Shown here: piece after piece, positions 9,446 through 18,368 of the stretch
Layout of the letters: every line of letters begins with the position of its first letter
How positions within the stretch are numbered: position 1 is the stretch's first letter
Source of the DNA: an uncultured Solirubrobacterales bacterium
Lineage (GTDB): Bacteria > Actinomycetota > Thermoleophilia > Solirubrobacterales > JBBDJG01
Direction of reading: 5' to 3'
Assembly: GCA_963780475.1 (NCBI GenBank)
Contig: CAWACB010000001.1
Location: 5,897-69,896, forward strand
Length of the DNA: 64,000 nucleotides
Position numbers and translations under genes: made by a program
The notes under the pieces: generated by a model
The model's input: only the letters and a program-made list of their open reading frames with translations
What the model was told of the DNA's origin: nothing
Databases searched by the model: none

Positions 9446-11026
9446 CTACTCGACCGAGACGACGGCACCGTCCCGGCGTGGATCCCCGGCCCCACTCAGC
9501 GCTCCGGTCTCCAGATCCCGCTTCACGGCCTGGGCCCCGCCGAAGTACACGTTCGGGCTCTTCCACCTGACCAGCCGGTAGCCGCGGCGCTCGAGCTCCC
9601 CGAGCACCTGCGGGTCAAAGCCGGGCTCGGCGTGCAGGACGCCCGCCTCGTAGTGCAGGCGGCCGCGCTCGACCGCGTCCGAGACGGTCGCGCCCCCGTC
9701 GATGACGTGGCGGATCACCTGCAGGATCGCCGAGCGCAGGCGGTTGGAGCCCGCGCTCCCCAGAGACAGCTCGATCTCGCCGTCGCGCAGCACGGTCGTG
9801 GGCGCCATCATGCTCGTCACCCTCGTGCCGGGGTCGTGGCGGTGGAAGCCGAGCGGGTTGAGGTCCTCCTCGCCCAGCATGTTGTTCAGGTGGACTCCTG
9901 TGCCCGGAACCACGACACCGGAGCTGGTGCCGTTCGAGCAGGTGATCGCCGCCGAGTTGCCCGCCTCGTCGATGACGGACAGGTGGGTGGTCGAGCCGAG
10001 GTTGGCCGCCGGCTCTCCCTGCTTCGCGGCGGCGCCTGCCGTCACCGCCCGCTCGATGCGCCCGGCGGCAGCGCTGACGAGCCCGTCCGAGAGGAACCAC
10101 TCCGCCAGCCGAGGCTCGTGCAGCCGCAGGTGGAAATCGCCCTCCCGTGCCCGGTTCGTCTCCCCCATGACCTCGGTCAACAGGGCGAGGGCGTCGGGCT
10201 CCGCAAGGTCGCCCGTGTGCGTCCGCTCGAGCAGCGCCAGCGCGAAAGCGATCAGGACCCCGCCCGACGACGGCGGCGCGTTGGTCAGCATCTCGCGGCC
10301 GCGGTACGCGGTGCGGACCGGTTCGCGCTCGATCACCCGGTAGGCCTCCAGGTCGGCCGTCGAGATCATCCCGCCGCGGCTGGTCACCCACTCGCAGATC
10401 GTGCGCGCGGTCTCCCCGCGGTAGATCGAGTCCGGACCCTCGGCCGCCAGGCGCTCGAGGGCCTCCGCCACTTCGGGGAACCGGATCTGCTCGCCCTCCT
10501 CGAGCATCCGGCCGGCCGGCGCATACAGCGCACGGGCCTCGGGCTCTGCGGTGATCACCGGCTCGAGCAGGTTGAACAGGTAGGCCTGCATCCGCTGGAC
10601 CGGCACGCCGTCGCGCGCGTACCGCACCCCCGGGCGGGCAAGCTCGGTCAGCGGCATCGTGCAGAACCGCTCCGCGATCTGGCTCACCCCCGCGGGGATC
10701 CCGGGCACCCCGCACGAGGCGGGGCCGACGTTGAAGATCTGCGGCACCTCGTCGAAGCGGACCTCCGCCGCGACCAGGCTCGCGCGGGCGTCCGGATCGA
10801 GGCCGCGGCCGCCGGACTCGACGAAGAAGTCCAGCAGGTGGTCCTCGCCGTCGGCGGTGCGAGCGAGCATGAACCCGCCCGCGCCGAGGCCGGTCAGCAG
10901 GCTCTCGGCGGTGAACGACGCCAGCATCGCGCTGACCGCGGCGTCGAACGCGTTGCCGCCCTCGCGCAGGGCCCAGGCCCCCGCCTCGGCGGTCAGCTCG
11001 GAACCGGCAGCGATCACGCCCTTCAT
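9446..11026 (-). CDS. ggt: Gamma-glutamyltransferase
   Basis: GGNAFDAAV, GLGAGGF, PPSSGG, STTHLSVID (Thr nucleophile) and LNNMLGE. Confidence 0.9.
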   Translation of the reverse strand: MKGVIAAGSELTAEAGAWALREGGNAFDAAVSAMLASFTAESLLTGLGAGGFMLARTADGEDHLLDFFVESGGRGLDPDARASLVAAEVRFDEVPQIFNVGPASCGVPGIPAGVSQIAERFCTMPLTELARPGVRYARDGVPVQRMQAYLFNLLEPVITAEPEARALYAPAGRMLEEGEQIRFPEVAEALERLAAEGPDSIYRGETARTICEWVTSRGGMISTADLEAYRVIEREPVRTAYRGREMLTNAPPSSGGVLIAFALALLERTHTGDLAEPDALALLTEVMGETNRAREGDFHLRLHEPRLAEWFLSDGLVSAAAGRIERAVTAGAAAKQGEPAANLGSTTHLSVIDEAGNSAAITCSNGTSSGVVVPGTGVHLNNMLGEEDLNPLGFHRHDPGTRVTSMMAPTTVLRDGEIELSLGSAGSNRLRSAILQVIRHVIDGGATVSDAVERGRLHYEAGVLHAEPGFDPQVLGELERRGYRLVRWKSPNVYFGGAQAVKRDLETGALSGAGDPRRDGAVVSVE

Positions 11027-11046
11027 GGGCGCAGCGTAGTTCCTAT

Positions 11047-11077
11047 CTGCCGACTGCCGACTGCCGTCTGCCGACTC
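11047..11077. repeat. Heptamer tandem repeat (CTGCCGA), about 4 copies, between ftsZ and ggt
   Basis: ctgccga ctgccga ctgccgt ctgccga ctc. Confidence 0.8.
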
Positions 11078-11086
11078 CCAACCGCG

Positions 11087-12499
11087 TCAGCGGTTGGGAA
11101 CGAACTCGGGAATCTCGAAGTCGTCCGAGAGCTCCCGGTCGTTGCGGCGCACGCGCGGCTGGTCGGCGGGCTCGCCCAGGCGCCCGCTCGTCGAGCGGCG
11201 CGTCGGGCGGTCCCCGTAGCCGGTCGCGACCACGGTCACCCAGCACTCGTCGCTGATCTTCTCGTCGATCATCGCGCCGAAGATGATGTTCGCGCTGGGG
11301 TGTGCCGCTTCCGCGACTGCCCGGGCGGCCTCGTTGACCTCCCACAGCGAGAGGTCTGCGCCGCCGGTGATCGACAGCAGGATCGACCGCGCACCCTCGA
11401 CCGAGGTCTCGAGCAGCGGCGAGGACACGGCCTCCTCCGCGGCGGAGATCGCCCGGCGCTCGCCGCGCGCCATGCCGATGCCGAGCAGCGCCTGACCGGC
11501 GTCGCTCATGATCGTGCGCACGTCCGCGAAGTCGAGGTTGATCAGGCCCGGCAGCGTGACCAGGTCCGAGATGCCCTGCACACCCTGGCGCAGGACGTCG
11601 TCGGCGACCCGGAAGGCGTCCACCATCGAGGTGCCCTTCTCGAGCACCGTCAGGAGCCGGTTGTTGGGGATCACGATCAGCGTGTCGACGTGCTTGGCCA
11701 GCTCGCCGACGCCCTCGTCGGCCTGGATCCCACGCCGGGTGCCCTCGAAGCCGAACGGCTTGGTCACGATGCCGACCGTCAGCGCGCCGATCTCCTGGGC
11801 GATCCGGGCGACCACCGGCGCGGCGCCGGTGCCCGTCCCGCCACCCTCGCCGGCGGCGACGAAGACCATGTCCGACCCCTTCAGCATCGACTTGATGCGG
11901 TCGTCGTCGGAGATCGCCGACGCGCGGCCGATCGACGGGTCCGAGCCGGAGCCCAGCCCGCGCGTGATCTCGGAGCCGATGTGGAGCGTGGTGTCGGCGG
12001 CGCTCTGCTGGAGCGACTGCAGGTCGGTGTTGACGGCGATGAACTCGACGCCCTCGACACCTGCCTCGATCATCCGGTTGACGGCATTGACGCCGGCCCC
12101 ACCGACTCCGGCCACCTTCAGGACCGGGCGCACCACGGTCGTGGAACGCCGGATCTCCGGCTCGTCGCGGGGCCGCCACTCGCGCTCGGTCGACTCGGGG
12201 CGGGCCAGGATGTCCTCGGGAATGTCCTGCGCGAAGGCCGCGCTGAGGCGGTCCTTCGGGCTGAGGTTGCGGCGGCGCTCGACGCGCTCCTCCTCCTCGC
12301 GCAGGGCGCGCGCGTCCTCGGCGCGGCGCTCCTCGCGCTCTCGCCGGGCGGCCTCTTCCTCGCGAGCGCGGGCGGCGCGCTCCTCGGCGTTCTCGATGTC
12401 GGGCGCCTTGGGCTGGCCCTCCTGCGGCTCGACGTCGGTCCGCTGGAACAGGGCGGCCAGCGGCCCTTCCCGCATGCTTGCTCGCTTACCGCCTGCCAT
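11087..12499 (-). CDS. ftsZ: Cell division protein FtsZ with a ~120-aa N-terminal extension
   Basis: KVAGVGGAGVNAVNRMI, NTDLQSL, GEGGGTGTG tubulin signature, INLDFADV T7 loop and C-terminal DDFEIPEF; ATG at 12499 overlaps the parA 3' end. Confidence 0.95.
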   Translation of the reverse strand: MAGGKRASMREGPLAALFQRTDVEPQEGQPKAPDIENAEERAARAREEEAARREREERRAEDARALREEEERVERRRNLSPKDRLSAAFAQDIPEDILARPESTEREWRPRDEPEIRRSTTVVRPVLKVAGVGGAGVNAVNRMIEAGVEGVEFIAVNTDLQSLQQSAADTTLHIGSEITRGLGSGSDPSIGRASAISDDDRIKSMLKGSDMVFVAAGEGGGTGTGAAPVVARIAQEIGALTVGIVTKPFGFEGTRRGIQADEGVGELAKHVDTLIVIPNNRLLTVLEKGTSMVDAFRVADDVLRQGVQGISDLVTLPGLINLDFADVRTIMSDAGQALLGIGMARGERRAISAAEEAVSSPLLETSVEGARSILLSITGGADLSLWEVNEAARAVAEAAHPSANIIFGAMIDEKISDECWVTVVATGYGDRPTRRSTSGRLGEPADQPRVRRNDRELSDDFEIPEFVPNR

Positions 12500-13493
12500 T
12501 GGCCAGGACCTCCTTCGCAAGTTCGCGGTAGGACTGCGCCGCAACGCCGTCGGGATCGTACTTGAGCACCGAGGTGCCCTTGACCGGCGCTTCGGCGAAT
12601 CGGATGGTCTTCTTGATGCGAGTGGCGAACACGCGGTCGCCGAAATTCTCCTCGAGGATCTCGATCGCCTCCTTGGCGTGGACGGTGCGGGTGTCGACCA
12701 GGGTCGGCAGGATGCCCTCGATCTGGACCTCCGGGTTCAGCTCCTCCCGGATCATCGCCAGAGTGTTCTGAAGCTGGATCAGCCCCCGCATCGACAGATA
12801 CTCACACTGAACGGGGACGATAACTTTGCTGGCGGCTGTCAGCGCGTTGATGGTCAGAAGGCCGAGCGACGGCGGCGTGTCGATGCACACGAAGTCGTAG
12901 TCGTCGGACACCGCCTTGAGCGCCTTCTCCAGGGACCGCTCGCGGCCGATCTTGGTGCTCATCGCGATCTCGGCGCCGGCCAGGTCGATCGAGGCGCAGG
13001 CGACGTCCACCTCGCGCTTGCGGACCGCTTCGCGGATCGGCATCCCGTGGACCAGCACGTCGTACATCGACTTGTCGACCTGGTCGGGGTCGATTCCCTG
13101 GCTCATCGTCAGGTTGCCCTGCGGGTCCATGTCGACCGCCAGCACCCGGTGGCCCTTCTCGGCCAGCGCCACGGCCAGGTTGAGCGTCGTGGTGGTCTTG
13201 GCCACCCCGCCCTTCTGGTTGGCGAAGGCGAACACCTCCATGGTGTCCTGCGGCGCGGGCTGTGGCGGCGCAGCGCTCTGGGGCGGCACCTGCGGCGGCA
13301 TCTGCGGGTGGCCGTTGGCCCCATTGGGTTGCGGAGCGGACTGCGGAGTGGCCTCCCTCGCCTCCTGGTCGTTGGCGGGCGGTGAAGCCTCGAAGCCGGA
13401 CACTGTGTCCCCTCCTTGTTGGTCCGCGTCCCGCTCGTCCGCCGGCTGGGCCGGCTGGTATTCGGGTCGCGCGAATCGCTGGAGTAAACCCAT
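12486..13493 (-). CDS. parA: ParA/Soj family ATPase (orphan) with a Pro/Gln-rich N-terminal region
   Basis: NQKGGVAKTTT deviant Walker A, VDMDPQGN, IDTPPSLGLLTINAL, PVQCEY and YRELAKEV. Confidence 0.93.
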   Translation of the reverse strand: MGLLQRFARPEYQPAQPADERDADQQGGDTVSGFEASPPANDQEAREATPQSAPQPNGANGHPQMPPQVPPQSAAPPQPAPQDTMEVFAFANQKGGVAKTTTTLNLAVALAEKGHRVLAVDMDPQGNLTMSQGIDPDQVDKSMYDVLVHGMPIREAVRKREVDVACASIDLAGAEIAMSTKIGRERSLEKALKAVSDDYDFVCIDTPPSLGLLTINALTAASKVIVPVQCEYLSMRGLIQLQNTLAMIREELNPEVQIEGILPTLVDTRTVHAKEAIEILEENFGDRVFATRIKKTIRFAEAPVKGTSVLKYDPDGVAAQSYRELAKEVLANGRR

Positions 13494-13563
13494 GGCGGAT
13501 GGTTATTCGCACAAGGTGCGGGTAATCCTTCCGGCGATACCCTCACCTTCGACCTTGGCCTCC

Positions 13564-14505
13564 ATGCTCGACAAGCGCTTGATCTTCGTCACCGGCAAGG
13601 GCGGCGTCGGCAAGTCGACCGTCGCCGCCGCGCTGGGCGTGGCCGCGGCGCGGCGCGGCAAGCGCACGATCGTCTGCGAGGTGGCCGCGCAGGAGCGGAT
13701 GTCCGGGGTGTTCCACAAGCAGAGAGTCGGCTACCACGAGACGCGGATCGCCGAGAACCTCTACGGCTTCTCGGTCGACCCGCAGCGCGCGCTGGAGGAG
13801 TACCTGCTGCAGCAGATTCGCGTGAAGCCGCTCTACGACATGCTGTTCAAGAACCGGGTCTTCACCTATTTCGCCGCTGCAACGCCGGGCATGCGCGAGC
13901 TGGTCACGATCGGGAAGGTCTGGGAGCTGGCGCAGCTCGACCGACGGGTGAAGAAGGCGCCCAAGTACGACGTCGTGATCGTCGACGCGCCTGCCACCGG
14001 ACACGGCCTCGGGATCCTGCGCACGCCCAAGACCTTCGGCGACATCGCGCGCGTCGGGCCGATCAAGCGCCAGGCGGATGCGATCCACGAGTTCATCACC
14101 GACCCGAAGCTGACCGCCATCTGCGCCGTTGCCTGGCCCGAGGAGATGCCCGTCAACGAGACGCTCGACCTCCAGCGCAGCCTGCGCAAGGACCTCGGGA
14201 TGAAGCTGTCCCAGGTCTACATGAACGGGCTCTACCCCGAGCTCTTCTCCGACCGCGAGGCGCAGGCGATGCGCGGCCACCTGCAAAGAAACGGCAGCGA
14301 GAGCGGCGACGTTGCCGCGCTGCGGCGCGCTGCGGTCCGCGCGGCCGTCTCCGAGCACCGCCGCGCCAAGGCGCACCGCGAGCAGCTCGAGCGCTTGCAA
14401 GACGGCACCCGACAGCCCGTCGTCGAGCTGCCGTTCCTGTTCACCGAGCAGATCGACATGGAGGCCGTCGGGGAGCTGGCCGACGACCTGGAGCCCTCGC
14501 TGTGA
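13564..14505 (+). CDS. ArsA/Get3-like ATPase, first of a pair (Rv3679-like)
   Basis: FVTGKGGVGKST, PGMRELVTIGK, VDAPATGH and PEEMPVNET; ATG at 13564. Confidence 0.9.
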   Translation: MLDKRLIFVTGKGGVGKSTVAAALGVAAARRGKRTIVCEVAAQERMSGVFHKQRVGYHETRIAENLYGFSVDPQRALEEYLLQQIRVKPLYDMLFKNRVFTYFAAATPGMRELVTIGKVWELAQLDRRVKKAPKYDVVIVDAPATGHGLGILRTPKTFGDIARVGPIKRQADAIHEFITDPKLTAICAVAWPEEMPVNETLDLQRSLRKDLGMKLSQVYMNGLYPELFSDREAQAMRGHLQRNGSESGDVAALRRAAVRAAVSEHRRAKAHREQLERLQDGTRQPVVELPFLFTEQIDMEAVGELADDLEPSL

Positions 14506-15687
14506 ACGTCGCCGACGCCCTGCGCGAGAAGGAGGTGTGCATCTGCGCCGGCTCGGGCGGCGTCGGCAAGACGACCACGTCGGCGGCGATCGCAATGGGG
14601 ATGGCCGCGCAGGGCAAGAAGGTCGCCGTGCTGACGATCGACCCCGCCAAGCGCCTCGCGAACTCCCTCGGCCTGCCGGAGCTCGGCAACGAGGAGACGC
14701 TCGTCGACCCGGCCCGGTTCGCCGAGCACGGCATCGAGATGAAGGGCGAGCTGTGGGCGATGATGCCCGACGCCAAGCGCACCTTCGACGACCTCGTCGA
14801 GCGCCACGCGCCGGACGAGGAGACCCGCGACCGGATCCTCTCGAACCGGATCTACCAGGAGCTCTCGAACGCGATGGCCGGGTCACAGGAGTACATGGCC
14901 ACGGAGAAGCTCTACGAGCTGTATCAGGAGGCGCGCTACGACCTGCTGGTCCTGGACACGCCGCCGACGCGCAACGCGCTCGACTTCATCGACGCCCCGG
15001 AGCGGATGACCCGCTTCATCGAAGGCCGCTCGCTGCAGTTCTTCCTCAAGCCCGGCAAGCTCGGGATGCGCATCGTCGGCCGCTCGGGCGGCATGCTGTT
15101 CTCGGTCCTGAAGCGGATCACGGGCATCGACCTGCTCCAGGACCTGTCCGAGTTCTTCCAGAGCTTCGGCGACATGGCCCAGGGCTTCAGCGAGCGCGCC
15201 CAGCGCGTCGCCGAGCTGCTGGCCGACGACGTGACCACCTTCCTGCTGGTGACCGCGCCCGAACGCGAGCCGATCGACGAGGCGGTCTACTTCTGGCGCC
15301 GGCTACAGGAGTCCCGGCTGCCGTTCGGAGGCGTCGTCGTCAACAAGGTGCATCACGACTATCTGCAGGTGACGGGAGGCGGGAGGCGGGAGGCGGGAGA
15401 CCGTAGTGAGTCGCTCCCAGCGGAGCTGGAGAAGACGTTCGAGGGTGTCGGACGTTCCGACCTTCCGGAGCGGATCGTCGAGAACTTCGAGCGCTACCGC
15501 GCGCTGGCGGCGCGCGACCGCGAGAACATGGTCGCGCCTCACCGAGCGCCTCGACCAGGAGAGCGTGATCGAGGTCCCCTACCTGGACGAGGACGTGCAC
15601 GACCTCGGTGGCCTGGCGCACGTCAACCGCTACCTGTTCGCCTCCTCGGCGGAGCGAAAAGAGCTGCTGGCGAGCGTCGCGGTTTAG
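14502..15687 (+). CDS. ArsA/Get3-like ATPase, second of a pair (Rv3680-like; frameshift near 15535)
   Basis: GSGGVGKTT, TIDPAKRLA, QEYMA.EKL and LDTPPTRNALDF; the C-terminus VPYLDEDVHDLGGL is in frame 15406..15687; GTGA overlap with the upstream gene. Confidence 0.9.
15374..15401. repeat. Heptamer tandem repeat (GGGAGGC)3 GGGAGAC inside the second ArsA-like CDS
   Basis: gggaggc gggaggc gggaggc gggagac, read as part of TGGGRREAGD. Confidence 0.8.
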
Positions 15688-15693
15688 GGCGAG

Positions 15694-17127
15694 CTAGACG
15701 GCGGCCGAGTAGTCCGCGGCGTCCTCGTCGAGGAGCGCGTCCATCTCGCCCGTGAGCGGCTCGACGGGCTGCTCGGCGGCTGGTCGTTCAGGCGTGGGTT
15801 GCTCGGCGGGTTCGCCGGGAGAGCGCCGCACGACGTAGTGCGGCTCCGGTGCCGCGACCTCGTGCCGCCCGGTCGGCTCGGCGAGGATCTCGTCCGCAAC
15901 CGAGCGCAGGTCGGCCGGCAGGTGGCCGGCGATGGCGTCGCGCAGCAGGGCCCGCAGGTCGGCTTCCAGGTCCCGCACCAGCGCCTCGGGCGAATCCACC
16001 CCGTTCGTGGCCAGGAACCCCGCCTCGAGGTCGCCCCGCATCACGAGCCGTTCCAGGTTGAACGCGGCCTCGGTGCGCATCTGAACGGCGCGCTGGTCGG
16101 CCGGCTCGGCGCACAGCGCCGCCAGCCGCAACGCGACGCCGACCGCCGGCGGCTCGCCGGCGTCGAGCAGCGCCCGCGCCGCGAGCAGATAGTCGGAGAG
16201 GCCGTCCAAGGCGACCGGCTGCTCGCAGCCGAGCTCGAATCGCGACAGCGCCCAGGACAGGGAGCCGCGCATCGCCCGGCCGAGCCGCAGCAGCTCGAAG
16301 ATCTCCATCAGCTCCGATCGCTCGTCGGGCTCCAGCAGGTAGGGGTTGCCGCGCGAGCGCCCGGAGAAGCCCAGCGGCACGGCCTGCCACGGCCCGGTGT
16401 CGGTGCGCCACCAGGCAGACGGGCCCAGCGACGCCGCGCCCGGCTTCAGCAGCCGGACCGCGCTGAGCAGCTTGCGGAAGCACATGCGCGCCTCGGTCAG
16501 CGGCGCCGACTCCTCGGGTCGCGCCTCGGCGGTCAGGACGAGGATGGTGTTCGGCTCGTCGTCCTCGCGGCCCGATGCCCAGACCGCCTCGGGCGGTGCA
16601 TCGAAGAGGTCTCCGCGCACGAGCGCCAGACCCGACCCGAGCTCCCAGCGCTCGGCGGCCAGCGACACGCCGATCAGCGGCGCGACGACCGTGTTGATGA
16701 TCGTGTCCTCGAACACGATCGACTCCAGCTCGAGATAGGCGCGGTCGAAGCGGGCTGATTCGAACTCGAGCGTCGTGGAGTCCTCCCACATGCGCGCCAG
16801 GAACTCGCGCAGCGCAGCCTCGGCACGATCACGCTGGGAGGCGGGCACATACGAGGCACCGAGCACCCGCAGGTATGCGGAGCAACCCTCGATCGCCGTC
16901 AGGCCCTCGACCGCGGGGGCGAACGTGGCCAGGTCGCGCAGGCCGGGCAGCCGCTCGCGCACGAACTGCGCCGACAGCGGGCTGTAGTGGTAGAGGACCG
17001 AGCGCGAGCCGGGCTTCTCGGCGACCTCGAAGGGGATCTCCGCGCCACCCTCGAGCTCCGTCGCGAGCCGGGCAGACGCCTGGACGGCCAGCGCCCGCAG
17101 TCTCTCGTTCAGCTCCTTGTTGCGCAC
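15694..17127 (-). CDS. Hypothetical protein with a C-terminal ApeA/HEPN-like helical region lacking the RxxxxH motif
   Basis: 477-aa ORF with natural composition; ALSRF...DYLLAARALL...LRLAAL...AFNLERLVMRG follows the ApeA-type HEPN pattern. Confidence 0.7.
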   Translation of the reverse strand: MRNKELNERLRALAVQASARLATELEGGAEIPFEVAEKPGSRSVLYHYSPLSAQFVRERLPGLRDLATFAPAVEGLTAIEGCSAYLRVLGASYVPASQRDRAEAALREFLARMWEDSTTLEFESARFDRAYLELESIVFEDTIINTVVAPLIGVSLAAERWELGSGLALVRGDLFDAPPEAVWASGREDDEPNTILVLTAEARPEESAPLTEARMCFRKLLSAVRLLKPGAASLGPSAWWRTDTGPWQAVPLGFSGRSRGNPYLLEPDERSELMEIFELLRLGRAMRGSLSWALSRFELGCEQPVALDGLSDYLLAARALLDAGEPPAVGVALRLAALCAEPADQRAVQMRTEAAFNLERLVMRGDLEAGFLATNGVDSPEALVRDLEADLRALLRDAIAGHLPADLRSVADEILAEPTGRHEVAAPEPHYVVRRSPGEPAEQPTPERPAAEQPVEPLTGEMDALLDEDAADYSAAV

Positions 17128-17170
17128 GGCGTGCGGTTTCGCCGCGCGCGCAGTCCTTTCCTTCCGGCGG

Positions 17171-17842
17171 CTAGCCGGATGCCAGGATCCAACCGCCGAA
17201 CACGCAGCGGCCGGCGTACCCGGGCGTGTCGGCGGCGCCGTACAGCGACATGCCTGCGATCTCTGTTCCGTCCGCCGTCAGCACATGGCCTTCCGTGGCG
17301 GAGAACCCAGTGCCGGTCAGGAGGGCCTGAGGTGCGCCGGGGCTCAACGTGAAGGGAGTGCCGCTCCGGTCGCCGGCGCCAGGCTGGGTGCTGGTCAAGC
17401 TGATGTGGGCGGAGTCCGAGCTGCCCGACGGATCGATGTCGCAGCTCGCGCTGAAGGTCAGCGAGCCCTGCTGGTGAAAGGCGCTCGACTCGCCGTCGCC
17501 GAGCGTGAAGCGCTGGATGCGAGTGGCCTGGAGGAACTTGGACGCGTCCTGGCCGTCGAGCTTGTCCGAGTCGGGCACCTTGGTGAGCGAGGACTCGAGG
17601 ATGTTGCGCCCGAGCAGCGAGTCGGTCGCGACCTGGGTCGCGGTGACGGCCTTCGCGCGGATCTTCGAGCGGCTCACCGCGCCCGCCTTGATGTTCTTGT
17701 TGCGGACCGCGTCGACGCGCAGCTGCGAAGGCCCGACGCTGCGCTTCGGAACCTTCGAGACCGCGTAGCCGGTCCCGCTCAACGCCACGAACAGGGCGAT
17801 GATCGATATGACGAGCGCCGGCGAGGGCTTACGAAAGCGCAA
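17171..17842 (-). CDS. Secreted hypothetical protein
   Basis: Signal peptide KPSPALVISIIALFVALSGTGYA, followed by short repeats (AVRNKNIKAGAVSRSKI) and DSDKLDG. Confidence 0.75.
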   Translation of the reverse strand: MRFRKPSPALVISIIALFVALSGTGYAVSKVPKRSVGPSQLRVDAVRNKNIKAGAVSRSKIRAKAVTATQVATDSLLGRNILESSLTKVPDSDKLDGQDASKFLQATRIQRFTLGDGESSAFHQQGSLTFSASCDIDPSGSSDSAHISLTSTQPGAGDRSGTPFTLSPGAPQALLTGTGFSATEGHVLTADGTEIAGMSLYGAADTPGYAGRCVFGGWILASG

Positions 17843-17850
17843 CGCAGGCG

Positions 17851-18237
17851 TCAGGCGGCACGGAAGGCGATCTCCGGTTCCTCGGTCCCGGCCGCGGCAA
17901 GCCCCGACAGGTCGTCGGGCGCTTCGACCGGATCGAGCCAGCTGCGGCCGTAGGCGCGCATCTGCTCCACGAGCGGCACCAGCGCGTCGCCCTTGGCCGT
18001 CAGGCGGTACTCCACCCGGGGCGGGACCTCGGGATAGGTGCGGCGCTCGATGATCCCCTCCGCCTCGAGGGCGCGCAGCCGGAGCGACAGCGTCCGGGGA
18101 CTGATGCCTTCCAGCGACCGCTCGAGCTCACAGAAGCGTGACTTGCCGGCGGCGAGATCGCGGATCAGGAGGAGCGTCCACTTGCCGCACACGATCTCGG
18201 CCGTGCGGCATACGGGACATGTCTCGTTGGATGACAC
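17851..18237 (-). CDS. HxlR family winged-helix transcriptional regulator
   Basis: CPV, GKWTLLLIRDL, RFCELERSLEGISPRTLS and PPRVEYRLT.KG. Confidence 0.93.
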   Translation of the reverse strand: MSSNETCPVCRTAEIVCGKWTLLLIRDLAAGKSRFCELERSLEGISPRTLSLRLRALEAEGIIERRTYPEVPPRVEYRLTAKGDALVPLVEQMRAYGRSWLDPVEAPDDLSGLAAAGTEEPEIAFRAA

Positions 18238-18368
18238 CTTGCTGTTTTGACGAGGGTCGATTCCTGAGGCTTGCTTGCCTCAGGGACTCTCCTCGCTCCC
18301 GATGGTAGCAAGGCTTTACGTAGTGAAGTGTGGTTTTTTCCGGCGCGCGCGGGGCGCCGTTGCACCGC

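Noticed and set aside
9632-12565. 977-aa + strand ORF and other long antisense ORFs (e.g. 11508..13385, 35633..38392 extension, 43927..46344)
   Set aside because: Shadow or off-frame ORFs of real genes in high-GC DNA, low-complexity R/A/G/P-rich with no motifs.
13564-15687. Arsenic resistance operon
   Set aside because: No arsB/acr3, arsC, arsD or arsR, and the motifs fit the Rv3679/Rv3680-type pair.
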